A stretch of DNA of 64,000 nucleotides from Candidatus Omnitrophota bacterium (GCA_023247705.1 JAHFFY010000007.1:6934-70933), one strand, 5' to 3'; numbered from the stretch's first letter, positions 30,401 through 40,172 are shown. A program made the numbers and translations. The notes: generated by a model from the letters alone, not told the origin.

Positions 30401-32052
30401 TCACGATTTAACCGGGAATAAAAAAAAATCGTCAACCCCAAAACACAAAGACTCAAAAACATGATGACAAACGGATGGTTAAGCGACCACTGCAATCTTC
30501 GTTCATACCAGCGATGCAATGCGTTCAATCCGCGATCAAAGTAATAGACCAAACCTCTCTTCTGTTCATCGTGCGCAACACCGCGCAGAATCCTGGAGGC
30601 CACCATCGGAGCCAGCGACAACGCGACAAACGCCGAGATCAACACCGAGAAAGAGATCGCCACGGCGAATTCGATAAACAACCGTCCGGTCACACTGGTC
30701 TGAAACGCCATCGGAAAAAAAACCGCGACCAGCGCAACCGTAGTCGCAATGACGGCAAAACCGATTTCTTTCATCCCCTGAATCGCCGCCGGCATGGCGG
30801 ACATTCCCTCTTCGATATGCCTGAAAATATTTTCCAACACGATAATGGCGTCATCGACCACCAAACCAATCGCCAGGACAAACGCCAGCATCGTGACAAT
30901 ATTAATAGAGTAACCGAATAAATATAGAACACCGAATGTCGCGATAATTGAGATGGGAATCGTAACTGCTGGGATAAATGTTGACCGGATATTGTGCAAA
31001 AAAATAAAAATTGTCACAACGACGAGAAGAAAAGCAATCGCCAGCGTCCCCCAAACCTCTTTAATGGATTTCTCCACGTAAACGGATTCATCGTAAGGAA
31101 CCGAAGTATTAATGCCGACCGGCAATGTGGGTTTCAGACGTTCCAGTTCTTTCTTGATTCCATGGGCAACATCGATTGTGTTCGCCTTGGATTGTTTGAT
31201 GACCCCGATCCCGACGCAGGGTTTGGAATTATAGCGTGCAATCGAGCGTTCATCCTCAACTCCGACAGCCGCATAACCGACATCGCGCAACCGCACGAAG
31301 GCGGACACCTCTTGTTTAATGACGAGATCATTGTATTCCTCGGGTGTTTTCAATTCACCCAAAGTCTCAATCGAAAGTTCCCGCTGCCAGCTTTCGACCC
31401 GGCCGCTGGGTAATTCCACGTTTTGATTTTTCAAAGCGCTTTCCACATCCATAACCGTGATACCGCGCGCCGCCATTTTTTCCGAATCAAGCCACAACCG
31501 GATGGCAAAACGCTTGGCGCCGCCGAAGATAATGGAACTTACCCCCGGCACGGTTTGCAGTCGGTCCTTCAAGATATTCTCACCGATCGTGGTCAATTCC
31601 AGTGTTGAGAAACGATCGCTGTACAAAGCGATCCATAAGACCGCTTGTGCATCGGCATCCTGTTTCGCAACGATCGGTTCATCGATATTTTCCGGCAACC
31701 TTCCCCGGACACGGGCGACACGGTCGCGGACATCCTGGGCCGCGAGCTCGATACCGCGGGAAAGATCAAACTCCAATGTGATCGTGCTGACCTGTTCCCG
31801 ACTCTCGCTCGTCATGGTTTTGATGCCTTCAATGGAATTCAAGGCCTCCTCGAGGGGTTCAGTCACCTGTGTTTCAATAACTTTAGCGCTGGCACCGGTA
31901 TAAATCGTGGAGACGTTGACAATCGGAGGATCGACGTCGGGTAATTCCCGGACAGGAAGTCGGGACAAACCGACCAGGCCAAACAAAATCAGCCCCAGAC
32001 TCATCATGGTGGCAAGGACAGGACGATTAATGCTAATTTCAGATAAGCGCAT
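27490..32052 (-). CDS. RND efflux permease (AcrB/MdtB family) fused to an outer-membrane factor (OprM/NodT-like)
   Basis: GLVVDDAIIVLENI, KNGILLVDF, RLRPILMT; then in frame LSGC lipobox, WW..FNDPLL, SYEVDLWGR, LLERRPDIAEAE, LIKALGGSW. Confidence 0.9.
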   Translation of the reverse strand: MRLSEISINRPVLATMMSLGLILFGLVGLSRLPVRELPDVDPPIVNVSTIYTGASAKVIETQVTEPLEEALNSIEGIKTMTSESREQVSTITLEFDLSRGIELAAQDVRDRVARVRGRLPENIDEPIVAKQDADAQAVLWIALYSDRFSTLELTTIGENILKDRLQTVPGVSSIIFGGAKRFAIRLWLDSEKMAARGITVMDVESALKNQNVELPSGRVESWQRELSIETLGELKTPEEYNDLVIKQEVSAFVRLRDVGYAAVGVEDERSIARYNSKPCVGIGVIKQSKANTIDVAHGIKKELERLKPTLPVGINTSVPYDESVYVEKSIKEVWGTLAIAFLLVVVTIFIFLHNIRSTFIPAVTIPISIIATFGVLYLFGYSINIVTMLAFVLAIGLVVDDAIIVLENIFRHIEEGMSAMPAAIQGMKEIGFAVIATTVALVAVFFPMAFQTSVTGRLFIEFAVAISFSVLISAFVALSLAPMVASRILRGVAHDEQKRGLVYYFDRGLNALHRWYERRLQWSLNHPFVIMFLSLCVLGLTIFFYSRLNREFMPEEDKGRLFCIVVAPEGSTSEYTDRMVKKAEEIIAQTPEVEGYFSAVALARSGPGRAAEGLSFIRLKEDRKRHVRDIVGGPFGFGSKFFQNIEGAIVIPIIPKSIGGGFTQPFQLVLQGTDLNAISRYADELSGKLRTSGYLANVRSTFELNKPELRILIDRNRAAALGVSVEDISHTLQILFGGLDLSKLNLSGKEYDVIVQLKRESRLTPSDLERLYVRNVHGELIQLNNVVSYETGAGPSAIQHFNRFRSAIIEGTPVGVPLGVAVQKVQNLLKTDLPADFRYEWTGEARDLIESGRDIFIVLILAVLVIYMVLASQFESLVHPLTVMLTVPLAAFGAFGGLWCVSLIDHWGMTIPPGHWLSGKIPRIPAMGINLFSQIGFLLLIGLVTKNGILLVDFANQQIRKGKTAREAMLAAGLIRLRPILMTATATIAGILPIAIGFGAGGESRRPLGVAAVGGMLTSTFLTLFVIPVVYVLLSPRKNKMAPPTNLSNFNQSVIKTAGAAMILIVFLSGCMRAPRYHIPEASIPADWKTTDPAWKEASPRDHVAQGEWWMVFNDPLLNDLEKEAMHFNQDLKIALASLNQARAVAKLNQSAFYPEANLSAQYTRERTSQNTFGDFSPKNPSNSYEVPLDLSYEVDLWGRVKSSSDAALAEAQASEAAFQTVSLTLTADVARNYFMLRELESEVQILEKSMLLRTDALSVVENRFKAGLVSELDVSRAQTELAGVQAAKIDVARQRAEIENTLAVLCGKSAAEFKIETKPLDLIPPIIPPGLTSNLLERRPDIAEAERLMAAANAQIGVAQAAFFPKISLTGKTGFESMELSSLFNWESRMWSVGPDVFLPVFNGGKNKANLQAAKSQYDKAVATYRKRVLVAFGEVEDALVRIRLGREQWDIQKVVVDAAQQSAGMAKSRYSQGLVNFLEVADAERSRLQAELQSIQILNRSLVSTVQLIKALGGSWAQ

Positions 32053-32112
32053 ATGGGATAAATTATTTTTCTTCTTTGACCGAAGGATCAGCCGAGGCGG
32101 CCGCCGGGTCCT

Positions 32113-33216
32113 TCAGTGATTCTTCTTTTTTTCTTCCGACGGCCCTTCAAACTTAACGGACACCTTGGCGCCCGGAGCTAACTTCTGAAAACCTTCCACC
32201 ACAATCACGTCATTTTCCCAAATACCATCTAACACTTCCACCCAACCCGGGACACGGGTTCCTACTTTAATTTCTTTCATCTGAACACTTTGATCTTCCT
32301 GAACAACAAAAACAAAAACCGCATCGCCTTTCAAAATCAAAGCGGTCTCCGGGATCACAATCGCGTTCTCGTGCTGATTGATCGTCAGCTGAATATTGGC
32401 AAACATACCCGATCTCAATTTTCCCTCGGGGTTAACGATTTTAGCTTTAATCAAAGCTGTCCGTGTCGGTTCGTCAATTTGCGGATCGATAAAATAAACC
32501 TCACCGGTAAATGTCTCATCGGGATATGCCGCGATTTTTGTTTCAACCATTTGACCCTCTTTGATCTCCCTGAGATAACGCTCGGGCACGCGAACATCCA
32601 CTTTGATCGGATCCTGATTAATAATAAAAGTAAGCGCAGCGCCTTTAACGATAAACTGGCCGACGCTGACCAAGCGTTGTCCCATGATTCCGTCAAAAGG
32701 AGCCGAGATCGTTGTGTCGCGCAATTCTGCTTTATTGAGTTCGACGGCGGCTTGATTGACTTTAAGCGTCGCGGCGGACTGTTCAAATTCCTGCTGCGAG
32801 ACAGCACCCGTTGAAATCAACGATTGATAGCGTTCGTTTGTGGTTTCGGCTAATTTTAAATTCGCCTCGGCCTGATCCAGCGCAGCGCTGAGTTTCCGGG
32901 AATCAATCTGAATCAACACATCGTCTTTCTTGACATTTTGCCCTTCCTGAAATTTGATATCTTCGATTTGTCCATCAATTTCGCTGCGGATCTCGACGGT
33001 TTCATTCGCTTTTAAATCTCCTACTAATGTAATTTTCTCAGTGATTGTCTGTTTTTTCGCTTTCGAACCAACGATATTCACCCGCATCTCCATCGGCATC
33101 GCATTAGTTTTACCCTTGGCTTCGCAGCCCAAGAAAAAAAATCCCATAATCAAAATCATCAAACAACTAAGCCATCCGGCTTTTAAATCTAATTGACTAT
33201 GCATATCATATTCCAT
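32113..33216 (-). CDS. RND periplasmic adaptor (membrane fusion protein)
   Basis: Lipobox-like FLGC, lipoyl motifs (SEIDGQI..I.F.EGQ.VKK; ISAPFDG), IDP.ID..TRT, LRSGMF. Confidence 0.92.
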   Translation of the reverse strand: MEYDMHSQLDLKAGWLSCLMILIMGFFFLGCEAKGKTNAMPMEMRVNIVGSKAKKQTITEKITLVGDLKANETVEIRSEIDGQIEDIKFQEGQNVKKDDVLIQIDSRKLSAALDQAEANLKLAETTNERYQSLISTGAVSQQEFEQSAATLKVNQAAVELNKAELRDTTISAPFDGIMGQRLVSVGQFIVKGAALTFIINQDPIKVDVRVPERYLREIKEGQMVETKIAAYPDETFTGEVYFIDPQIDEPTRTALIKAKIVNPEGKLRSGMFANIQLTINQHENAIVIPETALILKGDAVFVFVVQEDQSVQMKEIKVGTRVPGWVEVLDGIWENDVIVVEGFQKLAPGAKVSVKFEGPSEEKKKNH

Positions 33217-33301
33217 TCCCTTTCGTCGTCAGAACCTCGACCTGTCTTCTCTAATACATACTCCCATGAGCGGTGCACAGGCCAAGTAAATGGTTGGTTA
33301 T

Positions 33302-33751
33302 TCAACTTAAATTCCGCGCAACCTTTCTTAAAACATTTTTACAAATCGTCATGTCCTTGATGCGAATCCCCTGCTGAGCTTCTTTGAGCATCTGCTGGAC
33401 CACACGCAACAATTCCTGCTGCAGTTCCTTCCCTTTATTCGTTAGATAAATTAATTTCAGGCGGCCATCTTGGCTATTGGGAATACGCACCACTAAATTG
33501 CGTTTTTCTAAACCATCAATCAAACGGGTGATACTTGTTTTATCCTTACAGGTAACGCCCGCGAGATCCTTTTGGCTCTGACCGTTTTTCTGCCAAAGGT
33601 TCATTAAAACCGCCCACTGCTCGCAGGTAACATTATGGCCCGCCTTTTCAAAATTGTGATTGAGCCGGTTGGCCATGGCACGGCCGGCTCGGCCGACGAT
33701 GTAGCCGAGCGATTCTTCGAGATGATAAAAAATGCTTTTTTTCATAGGCAT
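33302..33751 (-). CDS. MarR family transcriptional regulator
   Basis: QWAVLMNLW, SQKDLA, DKTSITRLIDGLEKRNLV, DGR..LIYLT.KG; start placed after promoter and operator. Confidence 0.9.
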   Translation of the reverse strand: MPMKKSIFYHLEESLGYIVGRAGRAMANRLNHNFEKAGHNVTCEQWAVLMNLWQKNGQSQKDLAGVTCKDKTSITRLIDGLEKRNLVVRIPNSQDGRLKLIYLTNKGKELQQELLRVVQQMLKEAQQGIRIKDMTICKNVLRKVARNLS

Positions 33752-33754
33752 ATT

Positions 33755-33804
33755 AGTTGCATATACAACTTTCAAAGTTTACAGGGAACTCCCGAAGTTG
33801 TCAA
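33755..33804 (-). promoter_or_regulatory. sigma70 promoter and MarR operator of the efflux operon
   Basis: TTGACA (33804-33799), 17 bp, TAAACT (33781-33776); palindrome AGTTGCATATACAACT at 33755-33770. Confidence 0.7.
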
Positions 33805-34764
33805 GCGCCAGCTTGCAAAATAAAAAACAATAATTGAAAATTATTTCTGAATTAAACGTAGGGGGCTGAAAAACCATCTCTAGGAACGCAATAAACGGCA
33901 GGAATAAATCCAACGATAACCGAACAGCGGTGACAATCATTAAAATTGGGGGAAAAAAATCGACGGGTAGAGTTTAAGGAGCGAGGAAGAGTCACGGAGG
34001 GTCATGGGCCATACCCTGCAGTTCTGTCCCTTAGACAGACAAGGGGCCCATGATGCCATTTTCCTGTTTCTCGATTCGAAATTCTATCTTCGAGATAAGA
34101 TCTAACGGGTGAACTGGTTTGACAATACATTTTTTAACTCCACACATTTTCATAAAAAGATCCTGTTCTTTAATTAAAAACTATCGCGTTTGAAGATTTC
34201 AATATCCCTTAACATACGCCAGATTCAAATATACTCGCTGCACTACACAACTGCGCGCGCGGCGCAAAATCAGGGAGGCCAATAAGATTACTCAAACGCG
34301 ATAGTCCTAAGTTTATATTGCTTATTGTATGATGAATGAGATCGAATTCTGTGGACAAACTCCATGATTCTTGTTTACATTGAGAGAAAAACGAGTCTTC
34401 AATAATTCGATTAAAAGTGACAAGGATTTTTGCCAAACTCATACTCCTTAGTTATTTTGCCAGAAATAAATTTTACTTGTTTATTATAAAAATGGGATCG
34501 AAAAGTGTACCGAGCAGATTCCTCTTTTATTTGACTTTTATCTACCTTTATTGATCTGGCTAAAAAAAAGGGGATCATTCACGACGTGACAATCAGCTCT
34601 TTTATTTTTTGCAACAGCATCTCTATCGGAACCGGTTTATTGAGGAACATAATTTGCTAAAACATGTTAAGTATACTGCGCATCAACGAAAAATAAAACA
34701 GATTTTTGCCGTACATGGTTTTATCTCGAGGAGAAATAAAATAGACATTTCTTCCAAATTATTC

Positions 34765-36582
34765 TTAAGGAAAACCTGATCCCTTCGGAATCTTGCAGGC
34801 ATCGCTCCAATTATAATCTGTTTCCAGGAGAAAAACAGTCTGGATAAACGCCAGATGCGAATAACCTTGGGGAAAATTCCCCGTCAACCGCTGTGTTGCC
34901 ATCTCAATATGCTCAGAGAATAATCCCAACGGATTGGCGCATTGAAGAATATTCTCAAACATGCCCCTGGCTTTTTCTTCTTCCCCGATCAAATACAGGG
35001 CATTGATCATCCAGAACGTGCAAACGATAAACGCATTCTCCGGAAAACCTAAACTATCATGGGCTATATAACGCATCGCAAAATTATTGCGAACCAAATC
35101 TTCATATATTCGCAGCACCGTGCTAATGATACGAGGATCCTTCTTATCCAGAAATCCGTAGTGGAGCATCAATAAATTAGCGGCATCCATCTCCTGGGAT
35201 CCATAATACATCGTGAAGGCTTGCTTTTTCTCATTCCACCCGTAAGTTAGAATATCCTGTTTGATCTCATGAGCCATCTTCAAACAATTCTGAGCGTACT
35301 TGGTTTTACCGACGTATTGCGCGATTTTAGCGGCCCTGTCCATGGCCACCCAGTTCATCATCTTGGAATGGACATAATGCTGGACAGCCCCTCGCTGTTC
35401 CCAAATCCCGCTGTCCGCATCGCGCCAGACCATCATCACCTTGTTCACTAAAGAACGCACAACCGCCCAAACCTCTTCATCAAATGAAATGGAAGGCCGC
35501 CGGTTTAAAATAAAATTTGTATAAATCGTCTCAATCAGTTCCCCGTAGAGATCGTTCTGTTTTTGGCGGTACGCATCATTTCCAATCCGTACCGGACGGG
35601 AATGTTCATATCCATTTAAATGATCCAAGATCTTTTCCGTTAATTCTTTCTCTCCATTAATCCCGTACATCACAGCGATATTTTCATGTTTAAGCAGCAT
35701 ACGATTTAAAATAAAATTCAGATAGCGTTCGGCCAATCGTTCATGCCCTAAACGGGAATAAAGATCAATAATCATGGAGGCATCCCGCACCCAACAGTAA
35801 CGGTAATCCCAATTCCGATCCTTGCCGATAATCTCCGGCAGGGATGTCGTCGGCGCAGCGATAACCGCACCCGTTCTCTGATAGGCCAATAATTTTAAGG
35901 TAATCGTGGAACGGATGACCATTTCCTGATAAGACTCAGGAAGTTTAGTCCGATAAACCCAGTCCAACCAATAACTTTTAGTTTTCTCGTACTCGACATA
36001 GATCTTATAAAGATTAATGGGCTCTAACTTCTCATGATAGGAAAGCAAAAAAAATGAAGACTCGCTGAGTTCGATGGGCTCCCCTTTAACTATTTTCTGG
36101 TGATCGAGATTGCTGTAAAGATAGAAACTATTATATTCACCTTTTTGTGAGGTGATTTTAATATAATCTTTTTCGAAATGGAACTGGGCGTTGCTTAACG
36201 CGTAATTAGGCCGGGGAATCAATTCGATGATGATTTGGGGCCGTCCTGAAATGACATGAATATCCCGATGGATTTCCGAAGGACAATGCGTTTCTCCCTG
36301 TGTTGTAAGAAAACGGGGCATATAATCATTGACCTCAAAGACGCCATGCCTGGTCTCGAAAATTGTTTTTATAATGGCGGTGTGAAAAATATAATGCTGT
36401 CTGATCGCAATGACATCGACACTGGAAATCTTAAAATAACCGCCCTTCTCATCGTCTAAAATGCGGGCGAACAAAGAAGGAGAATCAAAAAATGGCAGGC
36501 ATAACCAATCGATGCTGCAATCGGAAGAGATCAACGCAGAGCTTGTACAGTTCCCGATGATTCCGTAATGGTAGTTTTTCAT
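34765..36582 (-). CDS. Glycoside hydrolase family 15 (trehalase/glucoamylase-like)
   Basis: IGNC..SAL, DWLCLP.FDSPS, AAPTTSLPE, NWDYRYCWVRD, GIWE, LFSE, GNFPQ. Confidence 0.92.
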   Translation of the reverse strand: MKNYHYGIIGNCTSSALISSDCSIDWLCLPFFDSPSLFARILDDEKGGYFKISSVDVIAIRQHYIFHTAIIKTIFETRHGVFEVNDYMPRFLTTQGETHCPSEIHRDIHVISGRPQIIIELIPRPNYALSNAQFHFEKDYIKITSQKGEYNSFYLYSNLDHQKIVKGEPIELSESSFFLLSYHEKLEPINLYKIYVEYEKTKSYWLDWVYRTKLPESYQEMVIRSTITLKLLAYQRTGAVIAAPTTSLPEIIGKDRNWDYRYCWVRDASMIIDLYSRLGHERLAERYLNFILNRMLLKHENIAVMYGINGEKELTEKILDHLNGYEHSRPVRIGNDAYRQKQNDLYGELIETIYTNFILNRRPSISFDEEVWAVVRSLVNKVMMVWRDADSGIWEQRGAVQHYVHSKMMNWVAMDRAAKIAQYVGKTKYAQNCLKMAHEIKQDILTYGWNEKKQAFTMYYGSQEMDAANLLMLHYGFLDKKDPRIISTVLRIYEDLVRNNFAMRYIAHDSLGFPENAFIVCTFWMINALYLIGEEEKARGMFENILQCANPLGLFSEHIEMATQRLTGNFPQGYSHLAFIQTVFLLETDYNWSDACKIPKGSGFP

Positions 36583-37388
36583 TCCCAGGACTCAACAGTT
36601 TTTAATTCTAGAATTTCTTCTAACAGCAGACTTACTTCTTTGATATCCTTTAAGAAATATTTAGCCTGAGATACTTCGGAATGCCCGACACAGATGGTAA
36701 TGCCTTCATCCTTTAACGCCTGAAACGCATCTTCATCCGTTTGATCATCACCGATATAAACAGGCAAAGTCGCTTTATTATCCAGAGTGAATCTCTGTCC
36801 ATTCAAAAACCACTTAACGATGGATCCTTTATCCCACTTAACCGGTGGGCTAATCTCAAAAACTTTCTTGCCGGTTTGAATACTGATTTCTTTCTTAACT
36901 AAATAAGGTTTGCAGATATGGTGAAAAATCGTATTGAATAGACCCAGATTATTTTCCGGCACCATACGATAATGAACACCGATCGACCATCCTTTGTCTT
37001 CAATGATTACGCCATGAATTTTAGTTAACTCTCTATCCAAGTCGTTTTTTATCCCTTGGAACAATCGTGTAATTCTGTCTTTATCCGGATTTTCAAAATG
37101 TATCTGGGGACTATCAATTTCAAACCCGTGATTACCGATATAAACTATATCGGCGATTCCGACTCTTTTTTTTATATCTGCGACCGCCCTGCCGCTGACA
37201 ATAATCAGTCGGCAAAACGGAAGACCTGACATTTCTTGCAGCAGCACTTTATTCTCTGCGGAAAGGAATGATTGATCAGGGATCTCCACAATCGGCGTCA
37301 ATGTTCCATCATAATCTAGAAATAAAAAAAGATATTTATCCCGCCAGGATTCTTTCAATGCGTTCCAATGATCAATAAAATAGTCCAT
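36579..37388 (-). CDS. otsB: Trehalose-6-phosphate phosphatase (HAD)
   Basis: LDYDGTL, SGR, GNHG, EDK, DKG, GDDQTDED motifs; start likely MDYFIDHW at 37388. Confidence 0.9.
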   Translation of the reverse strand: MDYFIDHWNALKESWRDKYLFLFLDYDGTLTPIVEIPDQSFLSAENKVLLQEMSGLPFCRLIIVSGRAVADIKKRVGIADIVYIGNHGFEIDSPQIHFENPDKDRITRLFQGIKNDLDRELTKIHGVIIEDKGWSIGVHYRMVPENNLGLFNTIFHHICKPYLVKKEISIQTGKKVFEISPPVKWDKGSIVKWFLNGQRFTLDNKATLPVYIGDDQTDEDAFQALKDEGITICVGHSEVSQAKYFLKDIKEVSLLLEEILELKTVESWE

Positions 37389-37398
37389 ACCTATGCCC

Positions 37399-38877
37399 CT
37401 AATCCCGAAACTCGAATTCCAATAATTCAGATATGATTTTGCCAGCCCAATGATAAATATTATTTTCATGTATGATTTTACGCATTTTGATCATTCGTTT
37501 ATTCCGATCATCTTCGGTTAAATTAAGCGCCTGAAAAATTCCTTCGCTGAATTCATCGCAATCATAAGGATTGATTAAGACCGCGTCCGTCAGTTCCCGC
37601 GCCGCGCCGGTAAACTGACTTAGAATAAGCATTCCCTTATGGTCTGACCGGCTGGAGATATATTCCTTGGCGACCAAATTCATCCCGTCATGGAGCGAAC
37701 TTACGATCGCCGCCGTGCTGATACGGTAAAGCGCTAATAATTCTATCAAAGAAAACTGCCGACGGACAAAAACAACCGGTTTCCAATGAGAGACCGCATA
37801 CTTCCAATTAATCTCCTCAACCAAAGCGTTGATCTCATCATTCAGTTCTTTATATTTTTTGATATGCAACCGAGTGATCACTCCTATTTGCAGGAATACA
37901 ACCTTGCCGTATAACTCTGAATGTTTTGCGAAAAGACGATCGATCGCGCGCAACTTATCCGGCAATCCCTTCGTATAATCAATTCGGTCCAATCCTACCA
38001 AAACTTGACGCTCTGAAAGTTCAAATTCCTGAATCAACGCATCCGCTTTCTCTTGGACCGCTACCGAATTGACTACTTCATTAATCCCGGTGAAATCCAC
38101 ACTAATCGGATAAGGTCGAATCAAAGTTTCGTGATCATTTTTAATGATCGAAACGCGCTCACGATCGATTTTACTCTCGATCTCCCGATCAATGGTTTCC
38201 AAAAAATTATTACAATGTTGCCGAATGTGAAAACCTAACAGATCATTGCTCAAAAGCCCCTCTAAAATTTCTTTTTTTTGCGGGCAAATTCTAAAGGCCT
38301 CGTGGCACGGCCAAGGGATATGCCAGAAATGAGCGGTAATGATTTGTCGGGGGGCTTTTTGTTTTAGATATTTCGGGAGGAGACAAAAATGATAATCCTG
38401 GATCCACACGAATGCCTTTCGATCTCCGATTTCATCGATGATCGCTTGGGCAAATTTTTCGTTCACGCGTTTATAACATTCCCAATCCTCCGACCTGAAA
38501 ATTGGTCTTTCGAAGGCCATATGGCATAACGGCCACAGCACTTCATTTGCATATCCATAATAATATCCTTGTTCCTCTTCTTTCGTCAGCCAAACGCGTT
38601 TGAGCGTGTAAGACGGTTGATCCGGAGGAACACGCACTTTTCCTTTTGAATCCGTAACATCGCGATCGGCATCGCCATGACCATAGGCGACCCATAAACC
38701 ATCGCAGCTTTGCATCACCGGGTCTAAGGCGCTGGTCACACCACCGATGCCCCGGATCCATTCGATGTTCCCTTTTTTCCGGACGTGCACATACGGCTCG
38801 CGGTTGGAAACAACGATAAAAAGATAGTCCTTCATTTTATCTTTAATCAAATTTTGTAAATTTTCTTTTTGCCACAT
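37399..38877 (-). CDS. otsA: Trehalose-6-phosphate synthase (GT20)
   Basis: VSNREP, LWPLCH, WIQDYH, FWHIPWP, DRIDYTKG, DGMNLVAKE, LSQFTGAA. Confidence 0.92.
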   Translation of the reverse strand: MWQKENLQNLIKDKMKDYLFIVVSNREPYVHVRKKGNIEWIRGIGGVTSALDPVMQSCDGLWVAYGHGDADRDVTDSKGKVRVPPDQPSYTLKRVWLTKEEEQGYYYGYANEVLWPLCHMAFERPIFRSEDWECYKRVNEKFAQAIIDEIGDRKAFVWIQDYHFCLLPKYLKQKAPRQIITAHFWHIPWPCHEAFRICPQKKEILEGLLSNDLLGFHIRQHCNNFLETIDREIESKIDRERVSIIKNDHETLIRPYPISVDFTGINEVVNSVAVQEKADALIQEFELSERQVLVGLDRIDYTKGLPDKLRAIDRLFAKHSELYGKVVFLQIGVITRLHIKKYKELNDEINALVEEINWKYAVSHWKPVVFVRRQFSLIELLALYRISTAAIVSSLHDGMNLVAKEYISSRSDHKGMLILSQFTGAARELTDAVLINPYDCDEFSEGIFQALNLTEDDRNKRMIKMRKIIHENNIYHWAGKIISELLEFEFRD

Positions 38878-38921
38878 AGGAATGGTTGGGTTGACTAAAC
38901 AACAGCCGATTAATAATGATT

Positions 38922-38965
38922 AAATTAACAAGAGAAGAATTAAAGAAAGATTAAAAAAGAATTAA
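38922..38965 (-). promoter_or_regulatory. OmpR/PhoB-type direct repeats and -10 upstream of otsA
   Basis: ATTAA at 38939, 38950, 38961 (11-bp period); TGn-TAATTT -10 element 11 bp downstream on the minus strand. Confidence 0.6.
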
Positions 38966-39124
38966 AACTTATCGAATTTCTTCTTTAGGACGTCTTATTT
39001 CCTTTTGGCGGTATCAATCGTTTCGGAGAATTAAATAATGAACTCAATGGAAAGTATCTCAAAGGAACAAATCGATCTTGAACTCATTTTAAATTATACT
39101 CCTCATCCTGATTTTTCTGCAATT

Positions 39125-39168
39125 TTAATTATTCCTTAATCTCTCTTTAATGTGAAAATTTCTATACT
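39125..39168 (+). promoter_or_regulatory. OmpR/PhoB-type direct repeats and -10 upstream of a small ORF
   Basis: TTAAT at 39125, 39136, 39147; TATACT at 39163-39168, 11 bp after the last repeat. Confidence 0.65.
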
Positions 39169-39201
39169 ATGTTCAAACTCTTTAAAAGAAAGGAACGAAA
39201 T

Positions 39202-39381
39202 ATGACCACGACCGAGGCTGCGATCACCTTGTTGCATCTTTCAGATAAAGATTTAAAAAGAATAGGATTGCCGCAGTTAAAAAATTTTCTGGGAATGCTA
39301 AGATGCGTGACCCGTCAGCTTGAGCGCGAGATAATCCATCGAGAAATTCAAAGACAGGAACATGAATCAATTCTTAAATAA
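39202..39381 (+). CDS. Small hypothetical protein (59 aa)
   Basis: ATG at 39202 preceded by AAGGA; own promoter at 39125-39168; helical amphipathic sequence. Confidence 0.5.
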   Translation: MTTTEAAITLLHLSDKDLKRIGLPQLKNFLGMLRCVTRQLEREIIHREIQRQEHESILK

Positions 39382-39530
39382 CAAAGTGTCTTTGCGAAAA
39401 ACGATCTGAACCCAATTTGTCTTTCCGGTGTTGGAGCTGGGGTAACACTCATTCTAAAAGCAAAAATCCTCTCTCCTTCCATTCCTACCATACCAGCTCC
39501 ACGCCCTCCCCCTGAATCAAAAGAGCCGTC

Positions 39531-39627
39531 TTATTGAGCTTTTCTTTACCAATATTAAATCTCCCCACTCCGTCAAGAACAGTCGGGGGAGATTTAACAT
39601 TCCTTTTGCTAGAGAGAAGCTCAATAA
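39531..39627 (-). repeat. Dispersed hairpin element, copy 2 (97 bp, inverted)
   Basis: TTATTGAGCTT...AAGCTCAATAA, inner TTAAATCTCCCC/GGGGAGATTTAA. Confidence 0.85.
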
Positions 39628-39782
39628 TCCAAAAAAATTGCTCAAGCATTTCTTATGATTTGCAGGTTATCCTGTTTTAAAAAAGCCCCGGTTAATCGTA
39701 TGCAACAATCGAGTAACTCGGGGCATCATTCACGGAGAATTCGTGAACGAAAAAATGCGTTTGTCCAACATTTAAAAAATTT

Positions 39783-40172
39783 CTATAAATATTCCTGAAT
39801 TCTTTTCAAGATCACGCTTGCGGCTTGTTTGTCCGGGGTGACCCCTCCGACACGAACCTCCACCTTCGATGAATTCTCTCCAACCTTATGAATATCAACC
39901 CACATATCCCTTCCATCACTATAATCACCCTTCAGCTGCGTCACTTTGCTTTCCTTGACCTCTTTGATGATCTGCAGTTTAAGCGAGTCCAGAGCTCTTT
40001 GGGCGGCCGCGACCGTTTGCTCATAAGGCGAATGGAATTCCTGCGTTAATTTACCAGATAACCAGACAGCCGTTCCAGCACCGCCAGCGGCCCCGGCCAA
40101 TAATGCAACACAGCCAACAGAATTAATCAGAAAAAATGCTAACATGCCACCAACTAATATTTTCTTTATCAT
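39783..40172 (-). CDS. DUF3568 family lipoprotein
   Basis: Lipobox SVGC followed by VALLAGAAGGAGT, and the VEVRVG motif. Confidence 0.8.
   Translation of the reverse strand: MIKKILVGGMLAFFLINSVGCVALLAGAAGGAGTAVWLSGKLTQEFHSPYEQTVAAAQRALDSLKLQIIKEVKESKVTQLKGDYSDGRDMWVDIHKVGENSSKVEVRVGGVTPDKQAASVILKRIQEYL

Noticed and set aside
33840-34450. Possible Cys/FQPP leader ORF and 77-aa ORF upstream of marR
   Set aside because: The Cys-containing and FQPP segments are in different frames, with no clear start or recognisable family; insufficient support
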